Below are positions 14,201 through 27,251 of a stretch of 64,000 bases of DNA, piece after piece. Both the position numbers and the translations under genes were made by a program. The notes below the pieces were generated by a model. It worked only from the letters and a program-made list of their open reading frames with translations. It was not told the origin of the DNA and searched no databases. This DNA comes from Raillietiella orientalis (lineage: Eukaryota): positions 4,154,001 to 4,218,000 of the forward strand of contig JAYWIR010000007.1 in the NCBI GenBank assembly GCA_036172245.1, read 5' to 3'. The first letter of the stretch is position 1. Each line of letters starts with the position of its first letter.

Positions 14201-15872
14201 ATGTCAATGACTGTACAGCTCCTGTTACATTTGATGTTCTTCTAGGAAGTCGAAGACACAAAGTGACTATTCATATTCCTGTTGGAGAGACTGTGTGGCC
14301 TTTACACATGACATTGGACAATTTTTTGCAGCACAAAGGTCTTTGAACTGGGTTTTTAATTGGCATGCACACTGTTTATGATTTGTGTTTAACATGTACT
14401 TTGAATGCAAGCACGTAAGTTTTTGGTTTTCTACTTTTCCACATTTGCCAACTGCATCAGCTCATAAAAGTTTGAATGATTTGATTGAGGTACTGAGTTC
14501 AGTTGCATGTTGTTTGAGTATTGTTTCTTGATTTTGGAAACTCTGCTTTGTGGGCAGATTTTTGATGTGTTCATTGTAAGTCACAAAATTTGGTGCTTGC
14601 ATTTGTTGATTTTTGAATTTCATCTTTTTGTTTTGGGAATTCATTATTACATGTATCTGCTGTCCTTGTTTATGCTCATATTATTGAATTTGTTGTGCAA
14701 ATATCTTTTCTGCCAGGAAGTTGAGTTTTATTACTTGATTTACAATTATACAACTGGCAACTGGAGGGACTCTCGACATTGCTAAATGTGCTTTCTTACT
14801 TAGTCTCAGATTCCATAAATGTTTTGGTACATCCCGAGTCCATTGCAAACCCTGTTCATTCTAAATGCTGTTCTTCATGTGATGTAACATAGGCATTACC
14901 CATCTAGATCATATGTGTGGATCTTCACATTTACTATACATAAAAAGAATCATTGTTGTTGCTACCACTTCAGATCATTCTGATTTCTTGTAGCGTTTTG
15001 AAAAATGATCTTTGTACCTATTTGGAAAATGGGTGTGATGCTCATGTTGGAAAACAAAGCAGCATTAATGCATTCTTGGCTATGGAAATTATTCCATAAT
15101 TGAACCTCATTTTAACTTTTGTGATTATATTGCTAGAGCTAGATTTGTAACTGAATGACTGTAATACTTATGAAATTTACATACTGTTATATCCAGTACC
15201 CCATTTTCTTCGATGTAATCAAGATCCTGCTTTATACCTCTAATCTTGATCTGCATAGATGGTTGCTCTTCCTTAAGCCATTTCATAACTAATGTGTTCA
15301 ATTCCTTGCAAATTACGCATTCTGAAATTATAACAATAATTCTATTATACCATCAATCTAGGTATGATAACTTTAAATCGTTTTATCAAAACTATCTAAA
15401 GTTATTACATAAGTCAGACTTTCCAACACTACCTTCATAGTGTTGGAAAGTCTGACTATACTGACTAGTCTGAAACTATACTGACTATATCCAGCATAGT
15501 AATCTTCATTTCAGAGTTGCTTGTAAGAGTTTTTCTCAAATTGAATCATTTTAAATGTTAATGAAGTGTATGCTTGCAGGTCAGTTGAAAGGAATGAGTG
15601 AACAGAATGGCACTGTGAATATTGCCTCCAAACCACCAATGCCACTTACTATTTACAATTGTGTCAACATGTTGTTGGTTCCAACTACAGAATCAAATGT
15701 ATATTATTTTGCTGGGCAAACACTTTCCCATCAGACACTTATTCTTTTGACCATCCAGTTTACTGATGAGAAGACCACTATCCAAGTTAACTGTGACAAA
15801 ATTGTTCTTGGATCAATATTGTTGAAGGAATTGAAAGATTGCCTACTTGCTGTTGGGCAAAATACCCAATGA
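11260..15872 (+). CDS. AP3B1: AP-3 complex subunit beta. 12 exons: 11260-11354, 11396-12050, 12109-12222, 12262-12414, 12456-12723, 12776-13243, 13285-13515, 13556-13614, 13653-13743, 13788-14062, 14113-14338, 15580-15872
   Basis: Diagnostic sequence [58 protein letters not shown], plus [16 protein letters not shown], an acidic hinge and C-terminal [16 protein letters not shown]. All introns are GT-AG and frame-consistent. Confidence 0.95.
15412..15457. repeat. Perfect 20-bp inverted repeat with 6-nt loop in the long AP3B intron
   Basis: AGTCAGACTTTCCAACACTA-ccttca-TAGTGTTGGAAAGTCTGACT read directly. Confidence 0.9.
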
Positions 15873-18289
15873 TTAAGCTAGTTTATGATTATTTATGTGA
15901 TAATTTTCATACTTTTGTATGATCAGATCGTGAATGAAGCAACACTTGGTATGAGATGCATAGGACCTTCACTGTTTCTACAAAAATGTGTATCATGATT
16001 TGAGTGTTCAAATTATGCAGTCAGAAATTGCAATGGAGTACCTTTAATTTCATTGAGTCCAGATCGGGGCACCAAATGAACAGGAATTCAATGGGAAAAT
16101 AAGTTTGCAACTAAATGAACAGTTAAAGTGCATGACTATTTACTGACAGGAAACTATTATATAGCTGAAATTTCAATAATTGTAAATGTGAATCATTTTC
16201 ATTTTCGAAAATGTAAACTAAAATACTTAAAAGTGATTAAGTGGAACCTGCGTTTATGGTGGGAATGCAAATAAAATGGGTAAAATACCACAGATGCTTA
16301 ATGATTATAGTCAACTTTGGCAAAGCAAAATCAGAGATTAATATGTACTGTTGTTGAAATGGAACAAGGAAATCAGTTCTGAAAGCAAAGGTCTTCATAC
16401 TTTGCATGAATGAAAGGATTATGAAATTTACTCGTCTGGCTCTTTCTGGTTGCTGACAAGTTTATCAATTTGTATTTGATTAAATTTTAGCTGAACAGCC
16501 TATATTTGGACTGCACAGACAAACTTTAGCAATTTCATCATGAAAGCTATTTCAAATGGTAAGCATGTGCTAGGAATTTTAACTTCTGCATTATCCTTTA
16601 TGTGTCAGGCTGACATCTGACTAGAATCCTCACACTTATGTTATCAACACCTGATAGCTGCAAATTCAAATTTCAAGACCAATTTTGTTTTCAAATGAAG
16701 TCTGTTGAGATTCCTGTTGCTTTTCATTTTTGTACAGAAGAACTGTGTAACTACTTGTGTCTTTGTTGACCACTGTGTTTGGCCAAATAGGCATCGACTT
16801 TTTCTTTCTCTTTCATTTTCTTCTACAAAAATCAGCAAAGGATTATAAGGTAAACACTAAAATATCATACCTTATAATTTTTGACCTCATTTGGAACTGG
16901 GATTGATACCAAAACAATTGCTAATATTCCAAGCACTCCTACTTGAAATAATTTACCGACTTGAGCAATATTCATTTCTGAGCAAGACTCATTTCTGCCA
17001 AAATGCTTCTTTTATGCTTATTTCTGTTTCCAAGCTTGTTGATCTAGTTTACGGACTGGGCATTCAGAATCCAAGGTTTCAGATAGAGAATAGAATCCTT
17101 AAATGAAACTTCAAATACATACTATCAAACAATCATAAAACACTAAGAATAACATAGAGCATTAAATACTTTGTACTTTATGAGACTACTACACAGAAAG
17201 TACGTAACCTAGGTGATTGGAAAAAATTCCTTGCGTTCAACCATAAAAATAAAATGTACTCTAACATATATGAGTTAGAAAGGTGGAACCAAATTTAAGT
17301 GTGAAAAGTATTCCAAGAACAGTTCAACAGGCTGATATAAAAATACAACCTTCCAATATCCAAGGGTGGTTTTCTTTCATGGAAAGACGAAAATCTATGG
17401 ATAGAAAACATGATTTAATGTTTCTTTTACTGAACACCATTTCTAAACTTCAAAAAGTGAAAAATTAAATAGCTAATGAGATGCAGTAACAACACCTGTC
17501 AAAAGTCACAACTTGTAAACATATTTTAATCATTAATCTCGGTAGATAACACACTCAACACCAGTCAAATACAGACCTCGACTTCGATTTAATTTGCTCC
17601 AGAGAATGTAAGAAGAAGCTAGTAAGCACACTTCGAACCAAATAACACTTTTCAATAAAGGACGACTACTCACTGGGTATTTTTTCATGACATGAAATAA
17701 GAATTACAAACGTGCACTTCAAATCAAGAAAACCATCAAGTCAGAGCTTTGAATGGGTAGTTTCTTTCATAACCATCCAAGTTCGGCTCGAAATTAACAC
17801 TAGCGAAACTTTCGAAAGTAGAATTACACCTTTCAAATTCATAAAAATTATTTATGAAATCCCCCCTGTTATTTCCCGAGTTTCAATCTGAGAGTTTCAA
17901 TCAAACTTGAGTTTAGTAGCTTAGTTCTCTTTATGAACCAAAGATTTACATTAGCAGCAAGGCTCCCTGATGGATTCTATGATCTCTATGTAGTGAAAAC
18001 ATGATGTGATGCGTTTCCAATTACCGGCTTCAATTATCCGGGAAATTTGGATGACTGGACCAAATCAATATGCTTTAAAGTGATTGAAGAGGAAAATGAA
18101 TAAAAGCAGCCAGTATGATTTTCGAGAATTTGGTCTATATTGCATTGTAGTAGTATAAAAATCCCTTACTTTAACGAATACTCAACAAAATTTGAGGAAG
18201 GGCTACTTGACATGCAATAACAAGATTAACAAGATTTTTCGACAAGCGATGAAGTAATTTTATTTAAAACAACAAGCTGATAATTTCAA

Positions 18290-21200
18290 AACAGTGAACG
18301 ATTCACAAGGCATTCCCAGAAGTCTGGCTCGCTGCAACAGCTCGGACTGAATTTTCTGGTTAACCAGGATGGGTAGCGTTCCTTGGCACTTGGGCATTTT
18401 CTTGCACCTCCGGCAACATACATTGGTGTGTCCAGACTGAGACTTTTCTACCATTACGGACACCTATTTCTCTCTTTAGCAAGTCCCCTAAAGATTTCCA
18501 CACCACTGCAGTTCTCCCTTCTTGTCAGATGCACGTGATGAAGGAGGCGATGGTGCTTCGTATCCCGGGAATGTACAGGGGAAGGTCCCCTTCCCTTTAA
18601 TAATCCGCTCACGATGTCCGGTTTTGCTCTCTCCTCCAAACTTGTCACTTGCTTCAACGCCTTCCAATCCTGGAACAACGTAGGGCAGGAGAGCATGTGG
18701 AGTTGGGGTTCTCCTTTCTCAGCACGCATCACAGAGTTCGTCCCCAGGGTTTCTTCAGAGTCCTCAGGGTTGCGACAGTGGTGCCACCGTGTGCCACATA
18801 GCCCTCGGTGGTCAAACATCGATAGGCCATCCTAAATTTCAAGTCACAATCTTTCATGAAGGCTGTTATTTCGACTGCTCTTTTATTAGTGTAAACGCTC
18901 GCAACTAACATCCCCTTGAAGGTAAGAATTACTTTCTCGGCTCTCAACAGGGTCCATGAATTCCTTCTAGTGCATCGGAATTTCCAGATCTTATAATTTA
19001 CACGATCCTTTGTACTTGGAATATACCGGAAGAGTCGCATCTCGTAGAGGTTCCTGCTCGTTTACAAGCAGATCATAGGGTCGAGTCTACAGTTCTTGTC
19101 TTTAGTGAATCCAATATTCCCTTGCTTGTGAAATGAAAAGGAAATAGAGAAGGACATCACCAGGATCACCTCTTCCTCACAAAACTCCCTGCTTCTGCGA
19201 ACAACTTTCAGGTGGTTGGTGATCACCAACACTTGCTTCCTTGGCCACTTGGAATCAAGTCAACGTTCTGTCTTTGTCGATCATCGCAGCATAAAGAAAC
19301 ACTCACTTTTAAGTAGTTTTGAGTCGGTCCTGTGAGCAGTGTAGAGCCAATTGTCTCAAGCTGCAGTGGCTTGGAGGAGTTGCGGAGTCCAGGAAATGGA
19401 AGCTACGGGCTTCCTGCCGGTGTCAGCTTCCTCCCTCGAGAGACACAAGCAACGAAGTTTCATCTTTGATAAGTATTTCTTCAATAAGAGATTATCCTGT
19501 ACCTTCTATATTTGCAGCTTTTCTTTTTGCTGGTTCACTAAATACAAGGTATTCCTAAGAGAATCTGCAAAGCAGGACACTGTTCCACAGCTTTGTCTTT
19601 TGTTTAAAGCTAAAGTCTGACTGATTGTATCTGGTCACTTCTTTAGCTTTCTCTAGGATTTTCGTCTAACGTTCTTTTTGCTGTGAGGCGTCTTCAAACT
19701 GGAATTCCAAGTACTTCACAACACCCTCATCGTTAAAGTGGTCACATGCAGGATTCTGAGGGTAAAAAGTTTGGAATTCTGGGCATTGACTTACAGACCC
19801 AAACTAACTATTTACAGAAACGTATATTGATCCTTCTCGTCTTTAAGGGAGATCATCTGCTAATGCCAGGTGAGTCGGAAGTTCTCCTCCCACTTTGATC
19901 CTTTTAAGGTGTACATCTTGATGGATCATCAATGACACCGTCTTCATGCATATTACGAAAAGCATAGAACGCAGGACATATCGATGGATGCTCGTCTCCA
20001 GCCAAATTTCTTTCGTTTCTTCCATTAATTGGAATGTGGATATGTATGTTCCCCGCAGCATGCTTTCTACTTCTCTCTTATTAGATTTAGGATGCCAGTT
20101 TTCCAGAGATTCTTACAAGCTAACCGCGCTCCACAGTATCGAACGCCCTCTTTATGTCGATGAAGACCAGCATTAAATTTTTACTGATAGAACGGCTGTA
20201 GCAGATGGTAGCTTGGACCACTTCACGTTGTCAAGCATGTGATGGCCGGGCACAAAACATGTCTTCACTGGAATGATCACCGTAAGCAAACCTTCGACCA
20301 GCCACTCTGCTTTCATACTCAGGTAGGAGACTGGCCGCCACTGGATGCTCCTTTCAGCAACAGCCACATCCTACTCTTAAGAAACGGTCCCAGGAGTTAT
20401 CCTCCTTCCTTGTTCTTCTGTTTTAGCTTGTGAAAAACCGGTAGGTAGACGGGCAAACAACGCTGATATTGCGATATCGGAACACTATGAGGTCCCGCTT
20501 CCATGTCCTTGCGCAGTCCCGTGAACGCTTCCTTGATCCTTGATCAATGCAAAGATGAAGTCCTATGTATTTCAAGCTCCCCTCCCGCTCTGCCGTTTGC
20601 GTACATTTTCTGATACTGATTCAAGCGCTTGTCAATGGAATGTGATTTTCCATTACGCCAGCTACTTCATTTTTTTTCGACATATCGGAGACTAGAAAAC
20701 AGGTGCTTGGTGAGCATCATCATGTCCAAATCATCAACTCTTAATAGTAGTTCTCCTCAGGATCTTCCCTATGACGTCGTGATATGGTAAGTCGGCTTCA
20801 GAGCAGGTGGGAATGCTAGTGAATGCTGCCTTTGTTCCAGTAGCCTCCCACAGGTTACTCGTTTAAGTGTGCACTGCAGCAGATGGTTATCCAATAGAAC
20901 TATCTTAGTTTTTTGGAATTCCTGAAAATGCTTGTCAATGTCCTCGTTGTGCAGATCATGGTCCATCGACTTATGGTTAACCTTTGCACTCTGAACCTTC
21001 AGACCAATAGTTTGCTTATCTCCAAGATATCACTGCCCGTGTCGGAAGCTTTGTGGTTAAGGTTTCCGCGCGTGGCACCATGCGTCGTGGGTTCGAATAC
21101 TCCGGCAGAAACTGACGCCACTGCGTCGTTGGATTCTGAGTTTCTCCGGCAAGATGGTGCTGGTTGGCCTAATCATTCGGGCGTGGCACCGGCGGTGGAT

Positions 21201-21615
21201 TAAGCCGGGTTCCCTCCGGAGAAGAGATTCCTACTAGCGGATCCTTTCCGGGTTCCCTTCAGAGAAGTTGAAATGGAGAGGACAGTCCCTCCTCATTAGG
21301 GGGAGGGGTGTCCCTCCGTAGAGAATGAGGAAGGAGATCCCCTTCGGGGTTCCCTTCGGAGACAACCAGGATGGGAGGTGCGATCCCTCCCAACCGGGGG
21401 GGATCCCTCCCCAAGCGTGAGAGGAACGGATTTCGAGTCCTTCCTGGATTCATAGGGCGGAACCCCATCCCAGGGTGCCCCCTATCCTGAAGAATTACCC
21501 TGAAGATTACGCGCCCCCCTGCGGGGTTGTCACAGGGGAGAGGCGTGGAAACTGAACAGTGTGTTTAAAGAGCCACATGCGCCGCGGGGCACGCGACCGA
21601 CTCTGAGGTACTTAG
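18290..21615 (-). mobile_element. Degenerate RLE-type (R2/NeSL-like) non-LTR retrotransposon
   Basis: Minus-strand motifs in RT order: IKEAFTGLRKDMEAGP (~SAPGPD, ~20500), QWRPVS (~20335), VFIDIKRAFDTV (~20150), degenerate GVKQGDP-like block (~19990), THLALADDL (~19860). These are followed by CRRC...C..NQKIQ (CCHC region, ~18400). Many stops and frameshifts. The 5' part 21036-21615 matches 54840-55531. Confidence 0.75.
21036..21615 (-). repeat. Dispersed repeat; inverted copy of blocks within 54840-55531
   Basis: 21481-21622 is the reverse complement of 54841-54982 (about 8 substitutions by eye). 21036-21200 is the reverse complement of ~55365-55531. Confidence 0.92.
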
Positions 21616-24600
21616 TGAACCAAGACATCACCGAATTTCCAGACGCTATGCTGGATGTTCAGCTCACCAAAGGCCATTCCACAATGTCCTTAGATGTCAA
21701 CTTGCTTTGAAGAAATTCCCTCATATCCCTTGCTCATTTTTCTTCGGGGTCTGCACATATTTTACAGGAATTGATTGATGCTTCGGAACCATGGCATCCT
21801 GATTCTGATTATCCGATTCTTTCTTACGTTTAATCAAGGTGGAAGAGAAAGAAACTTTGATCAGTGTTTCATGGTGTTAGCATTAGTTTCATTCATTGTC
21901 CTTACTCATTCATTTTGTCTAGTATAAAACGGCTTTATATTTATGACTCTAGAAAAAATTAACGATCTTGTTATTTTTAAGAAAAATGAAAGTATACATA
22001 ATGCAAAATGGATATTTTTGGATGCTTTTCATAGTTTTTGTTTTTAGTCAAGGATAATCAAAGCTGAAATTGATTGAGGCTAACGAGGAAATCTCAAGAG
22101 GGGGGAAAAAGTGAATCACTGACATGGATGTGCAGAACTTTATAAGCTGTAAGTATTAAAAGAAATCCTCGCTGAATTTAGTAGCATGAATTTTTCGTTT
22201 TCTGTTTTCAGTAAGAAATGTTTAAGTCTAAGTATCAGGTGAAGAATTTGATTTATTTCCTCCTTTCAATCGCTGGTCTGGTTGTTTGGTTTTCGATGTT
22301 GAGGATGCACCTGTGAAATGCCAACCCTATAAAAAATTTTCGGGCTCCAAATAATTACTTTTTCCCTTTATTTTCCAGCATTATTAGTTCAGAAGGTTTC
22401 AAACATCAAAAATAAAAATGAAACTTGAGATTAAACAACTGCTACATGAAGCACGTCATCAGTCTAGCACCAAATTTTACAAGATCGTGGCATTTTGAAC
22501 AGAGTACAGAATGTCATAGCAAATCAGCCAACCAATACGTCTCCCAAAGTCTTTAGTGTATTTCGTGAAAAATTTATATGATGGAGCCCTTTAAGCCACT
22601 CAAGAAAAGCGGTAGAAATATATTTATGCGTACAATTTCAAAGTATGATTGTCAGTCGAAAATTCTGACACTGTCGAAGTATGCACTAGACATGTACTCT
22701 GTGGAAGCTATTTCCTGGTACTTAGGCACTGATTAGAGTATATATCAAGTGATCTCACTGTCACAAAAACGAGAATCAAGAACCTCCAAAACCTAGCTTC
22801 TAATTCTGCTTGATTCAATCGATATTAATTCAGAATTATAGGTAGGTTTATATTGACTTCATGAATATTGTTAGTGTATATAGAATAAGCTCCTGGGGAA
22901 TGAACATATTGTGAAAAAATACTATTCGAATGCCAAATCATACTGTACTATACTTTGACCTTCTGCTGCAATAACGCTGTCATAGGAACTGAAAAGTCAG
23001 AGTGAAGATAAAGCTTGTATGAATCTCATTATCACGCAGATGTGAAAGATTTTGTTAAGTTCTAATCTGTTGGACCTAGGATTAAAACAAATTGCAAAAT
23101 ATGTGTAATTACCAATAATGCATTGCACCAGCATGCAACAAAATCCAGAGTTCGAGCAAATAAAACTGAAAATTCAAAAATCAAAATATATTTGAAAATT
23201 TCCGCTGTAGCTGCTTGATTAAATGGTAGTAGAATCCTCAACCTATCTTTGACTTTTTTGTTTCTGTTTCATTTTATGTTAAAAATGATAGTTCCCTCAC
23301 AAATTGTTTGCGGGGAGGAAATAAATCCCGTAATCTAATTATTTCAAATCTTGTATGAGCTAATTTAAAATGCTGCATTTATTTTGAGTAACAATGTTTA
23401 AAACCCAAGGAGGAACGGGATTTTAAACCAGCCCATTTGTTCCATCATTTTCAGCATCTTTCCGGTGAACGTCCAGCGCTCGAATTCTAATTCGAAATTT
23501 TTTTTTTTTATTTTCGGAAGCTGCAGATTTTTGTAGGCTTAATCCGTAGACTGTATTCCAGAAACTGTTGATTATGTGTTTCGTTTTTTTTTAGTTGAAT
23601 TTTCAATTTGAAACATTCCTATCATTTGAAAGTTCAGTTTGTGATACAACTGCATCATACAAATTTTATGTATTCACATCACATTCGAATAAAGTTAGAG
23701 AATTCGAGAATTCTCATTTTTTTACATGAAAGCAAACCAGAGAACTTTTTTTCTATTTTATGTTTCGACATTATTTTGTCCTGTGTTATTCTCAAGCATA
23801 TTTCATACGGTCTGCATTTCTGTTCGAAGTGCCATAAACAGATTTCTCATCTGCTACTTTTCCCGATTCGATTTCACTCTATAAAGAAATGAAATCTATG
23901 CATCTAGTGAGCATTTGTTTCGTTTTGTGGAATAGATCATATTTATTCTATGTGCATTTTGTTTAAGAATTATATTCCAATGCGTCAAGAAATATCTATT
24001 TCAGATGTATTCGTTGTCATTCATCGACACTCACTTTAGAAACGATTTCTTTATTTCTTTCCAATATTTCTGTATCATTTTCTCCATCACGTAATATTTA
24101 CTCTTGATAAAAACATTTGAAAATAAATCCAAAAATATGAATATAGCTGTAGCATATAGTGCATTCTGCTGTTTGCTTGTAATTATTTTATTATACCTTT
24201 TTTCCGTGATGTATGAGCTTCAAAAGCAGTACTTACTGATTTATTTTTGCTTTTGTTTCTTTTTGAATGTTTGCATTGCAACTGTATGGTAATCACAGTC
24301 ATAATTACGTTGTCCCATTTCCTTTTTTTTTTTTTTTTTTCAAAGTCCTCAGCCTATAGATCACTTGATTCTGAATTTGAAAGTACTATTGCCTCTGATC
24401 TTGAAGCATGCTTTTGAGATCTTTCCATAAGTGTAAGGAACACATGGCAACTCCATGATTCCAGACAATAAGTCGGGTTCGAAAGTTTGAAACCCATCGA
24501 CAGAAATTTTGTATCCATATCCCAAATGTTCAAATTCGTTGACCCTAGGTGTTCGAAGCAAATTATCTGTTATGAAAATACGATATTTCCAAAACAAATG

Positions 24601-24647
24601 CATTATGCTTTTCGGGTTTGAAAAATAAATCAGCGATCAAAAAAACA

Positions 24648-26608
24648 ATGAATGACAATGATGGGTTTATATTAAATAATGGACAAACCATCATAAGTGC
24701 ATGTGTGACGGAAGCATCTTTAGATTCTATTCCCGATGATATTCTTGCTCAAGCTTTAGCTGAAGTATCGGAAAATGCTTTATATCAAACTCTGGAACAT
24801 GATTCATCCAGCCTCTCCTTTGAGAGGAAGCATTTAAAAAGTGTAAAGGATTCGAATGAAAACTGTATCATACAGCAAAGAGAAGAATATCTCGGTGATT
24901 TACATACAGGTGAATGGAATGTCGCTCAAGACAAAGTTTCAACATTGAGATCAGACTCATTCAGTCCCCAAAGACCACTTCCAAAAGAATGTCGATTAAA
25001 TTTTGAAGGCATTGTATCATCCGATATTAGTAGTGATTGTGGTTCAAGTTTCTGTAAGAAAATTACAGATGATGTAGCCCCCCAGGGATCCATCTGTACT
25101 CAGGAAAAATCATTTTCATCAGTGAATAATGTATCAACATCATTGTCTTCTGTGCCTGTTTTTCTTGTGCCACAGTTAACATCCGAGAATAATACTCTCT
25201 TGTGTACACTTTCAGTGCATGGTGAATCAACAAATGTCTCACTGGCCAATGAAGCAAACATAAATACTTTCCCAGTTACAAGTTCGTCACATAATAACTC
25301 GGTGAATCATGATGGAAGGAATGATTGTATTTCAAAAGTTCCCCCCAAAGGTAAACTCCCTATACCTAGGCTCCATAGTGCCTATGAAGAAACTAGTCTG
25401 AATCCCTGTGTCAAAAAGAAACCAAACGTTTTAAACGATAAAGAACTTTTGTTTGATTCCAAAGCAAAAAATCCACCCTTCTCTTCTCTGCATTCTCATG
25501 AGGCTTATGTTCATGACATTCCTGAAACCAACTGTGCCATTATATGCCCTCTGCATACCTCAGAAGCAAAAAAATACTCTATTGAAAATTCCAAAAGACC
25601 ACTTGGCTCTGTTGAAAATCCCATTCATCTTATCCAACAAGGTCACTGGTTCCATAGTTCTCAACCACTTTCCTTTGAACAATTACAGCAGATTAGTTCT
25701 GTCTTACAGCAACATACTCATGATATTTGCAGCCCTCTAGGCCAAAACACAAATAGAATTCTGTTTGACAAATCTACAAATACAAAAATTATTTATCGTG
25801 TAATCTGTCCAAAAGAAGGGAAAACAAAGAAAAAAGTGAAGTATGCAGTGAAGGAATATGTTGAAAGAAAGGTAAGATGAAAAAATTGAAATTTGTTTTT
25901 AAAACATTATCTCAGAGAAAGGCATCAGTTAAATGTCAGACAACACGTTCTGGTCGTATCTCTAAACCTCCAGTCTATATTATTAAAGATTATCAAGAAG
26001 TACAACCAGTATCATTCAGTAGTCAGTCATTTGTACCAGAAATGTTATCATTTATACATTGCTGTGACAAATGTGGTAAAAGTTATCAACGAGAGGCATC
26101 TCTGAAGTTGCATGCTGCTACCTGCCATTCCAATAGAATCTCATCTCAAATACAAGATGTTTCTGTTCCTCAAGAATCAAATGTTGCTTTTCAGAAGCAA
26201 AATATTCCTGTTTCTAAGGGCATTTTGCGGGGTCGGAAAAAAAAGAAGTTGCACTGGAAACAACAATTGGCAGCAACCAAGGTTCCAAGTCACCACACAG
26301 ATACCAACAAACTTAGCAAGAACGTAAATGTCAAAAATGTCGGTCCAACAGTTAATTTAAGCAGCTGGCAGTATCTGTTATGCCGAGCTGCATATCATTC
26401 ATCTGGGATTTATCAAGAGGTCCAGTATATACTTGCTGATCTACATGACTTTCTAAAAGAGCAACCGGAAGATTGGAGTGGGATGGCAGCCAAAGTCAGT
26501 TATAATATTGATTACTAGATGTATAATATGCTTTAGGTTTGTAATGACCTAATGGGCTGTATGCCAGCAGCTGGACAGCCTGAACAAGCAAAGCCCTCAC
26601 CTACATGA
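24648..26608 (+). CDS. ZNF839-like (DUF4764-type) single C2H2-like zinc finger protein. Exons 24648-25871, 25916-26494, 26537-26608
   Basis: Long ORFs joined by 44- and 42-nt GT-AG introns. Motifs LGSVENPIHLIQQG..., TNTKIIYRVICP, TTRSGRISKPPVYIIKDY and CDKCGKSYQREASLKLH recall ZNF839 and its arthropod homologues. AATAAA at 26686. Confidence 0.65.
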
Positions 26609-27251
26609 AACAAGAATCTCATTTGCTAGCATTCCAGACTACCAGCCCTTATCTGTACACTTACACATATTGAAAGGACATAAATAATAAACATCCCTTA
26701 TCTTAGTAGTGCATCCATTTCAGTGAACAACTGTTAGGGAGAAATTGTTATTAGGGATTTATAAATGAGTGTGTATTTAAATGCATCCAATCAATTATGC
26801 ATTACCTTCTTCAAGGTGAGGTCTAAGTTGTATTTGTATTTTGCACTTTTTTTTCTGCATTCAGCACTTAGCTGATGGCATTGTTGTAATACTTTTATCT
26901 ATTTAATGGTAAAAGTTTTGATGACAGGTTGTAGGGTTATATTGCTCTTATTATCAAGTGGAATTCAAATGTGGCCATAATTCCTGTATGCAGTTACATG
27001 AACATCTTGCATGAAATTACCTGCTGCATTTCCAAATTATTTCTGTTGCTGACTTCTGCAACCAATAATTTTTTGAAATTTTTGTGAATGCTGGGCTAAG
27101 AACTTCGAAGTGTTTTATTCACTGTTCCTGTAATAGGATGGATCGTGGAAATTCAACAGGGTTGTGGGATTTTGTGGGAAAATGTGTTGGGCAAACTATG
27201 GGCAGAATTCTTTGCAGCCATTTGAGTACTATTTTTCAGATCTTCAGAATA

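Noticed and set aside
21088..21100. GGTTCGAA B-box-like motifs (also ~24476, ~51341, ~61634) as tRNA genes
   Set aside because: No cloverleaf or A-box at proper spacing.
21485..21570. Hammerhead-like CTGAAGA ... GAAA on the + strand
   Set aside because: Stem II is out of register by one base, and stem III ends in GTG rather than an NUH cleavage triplet.
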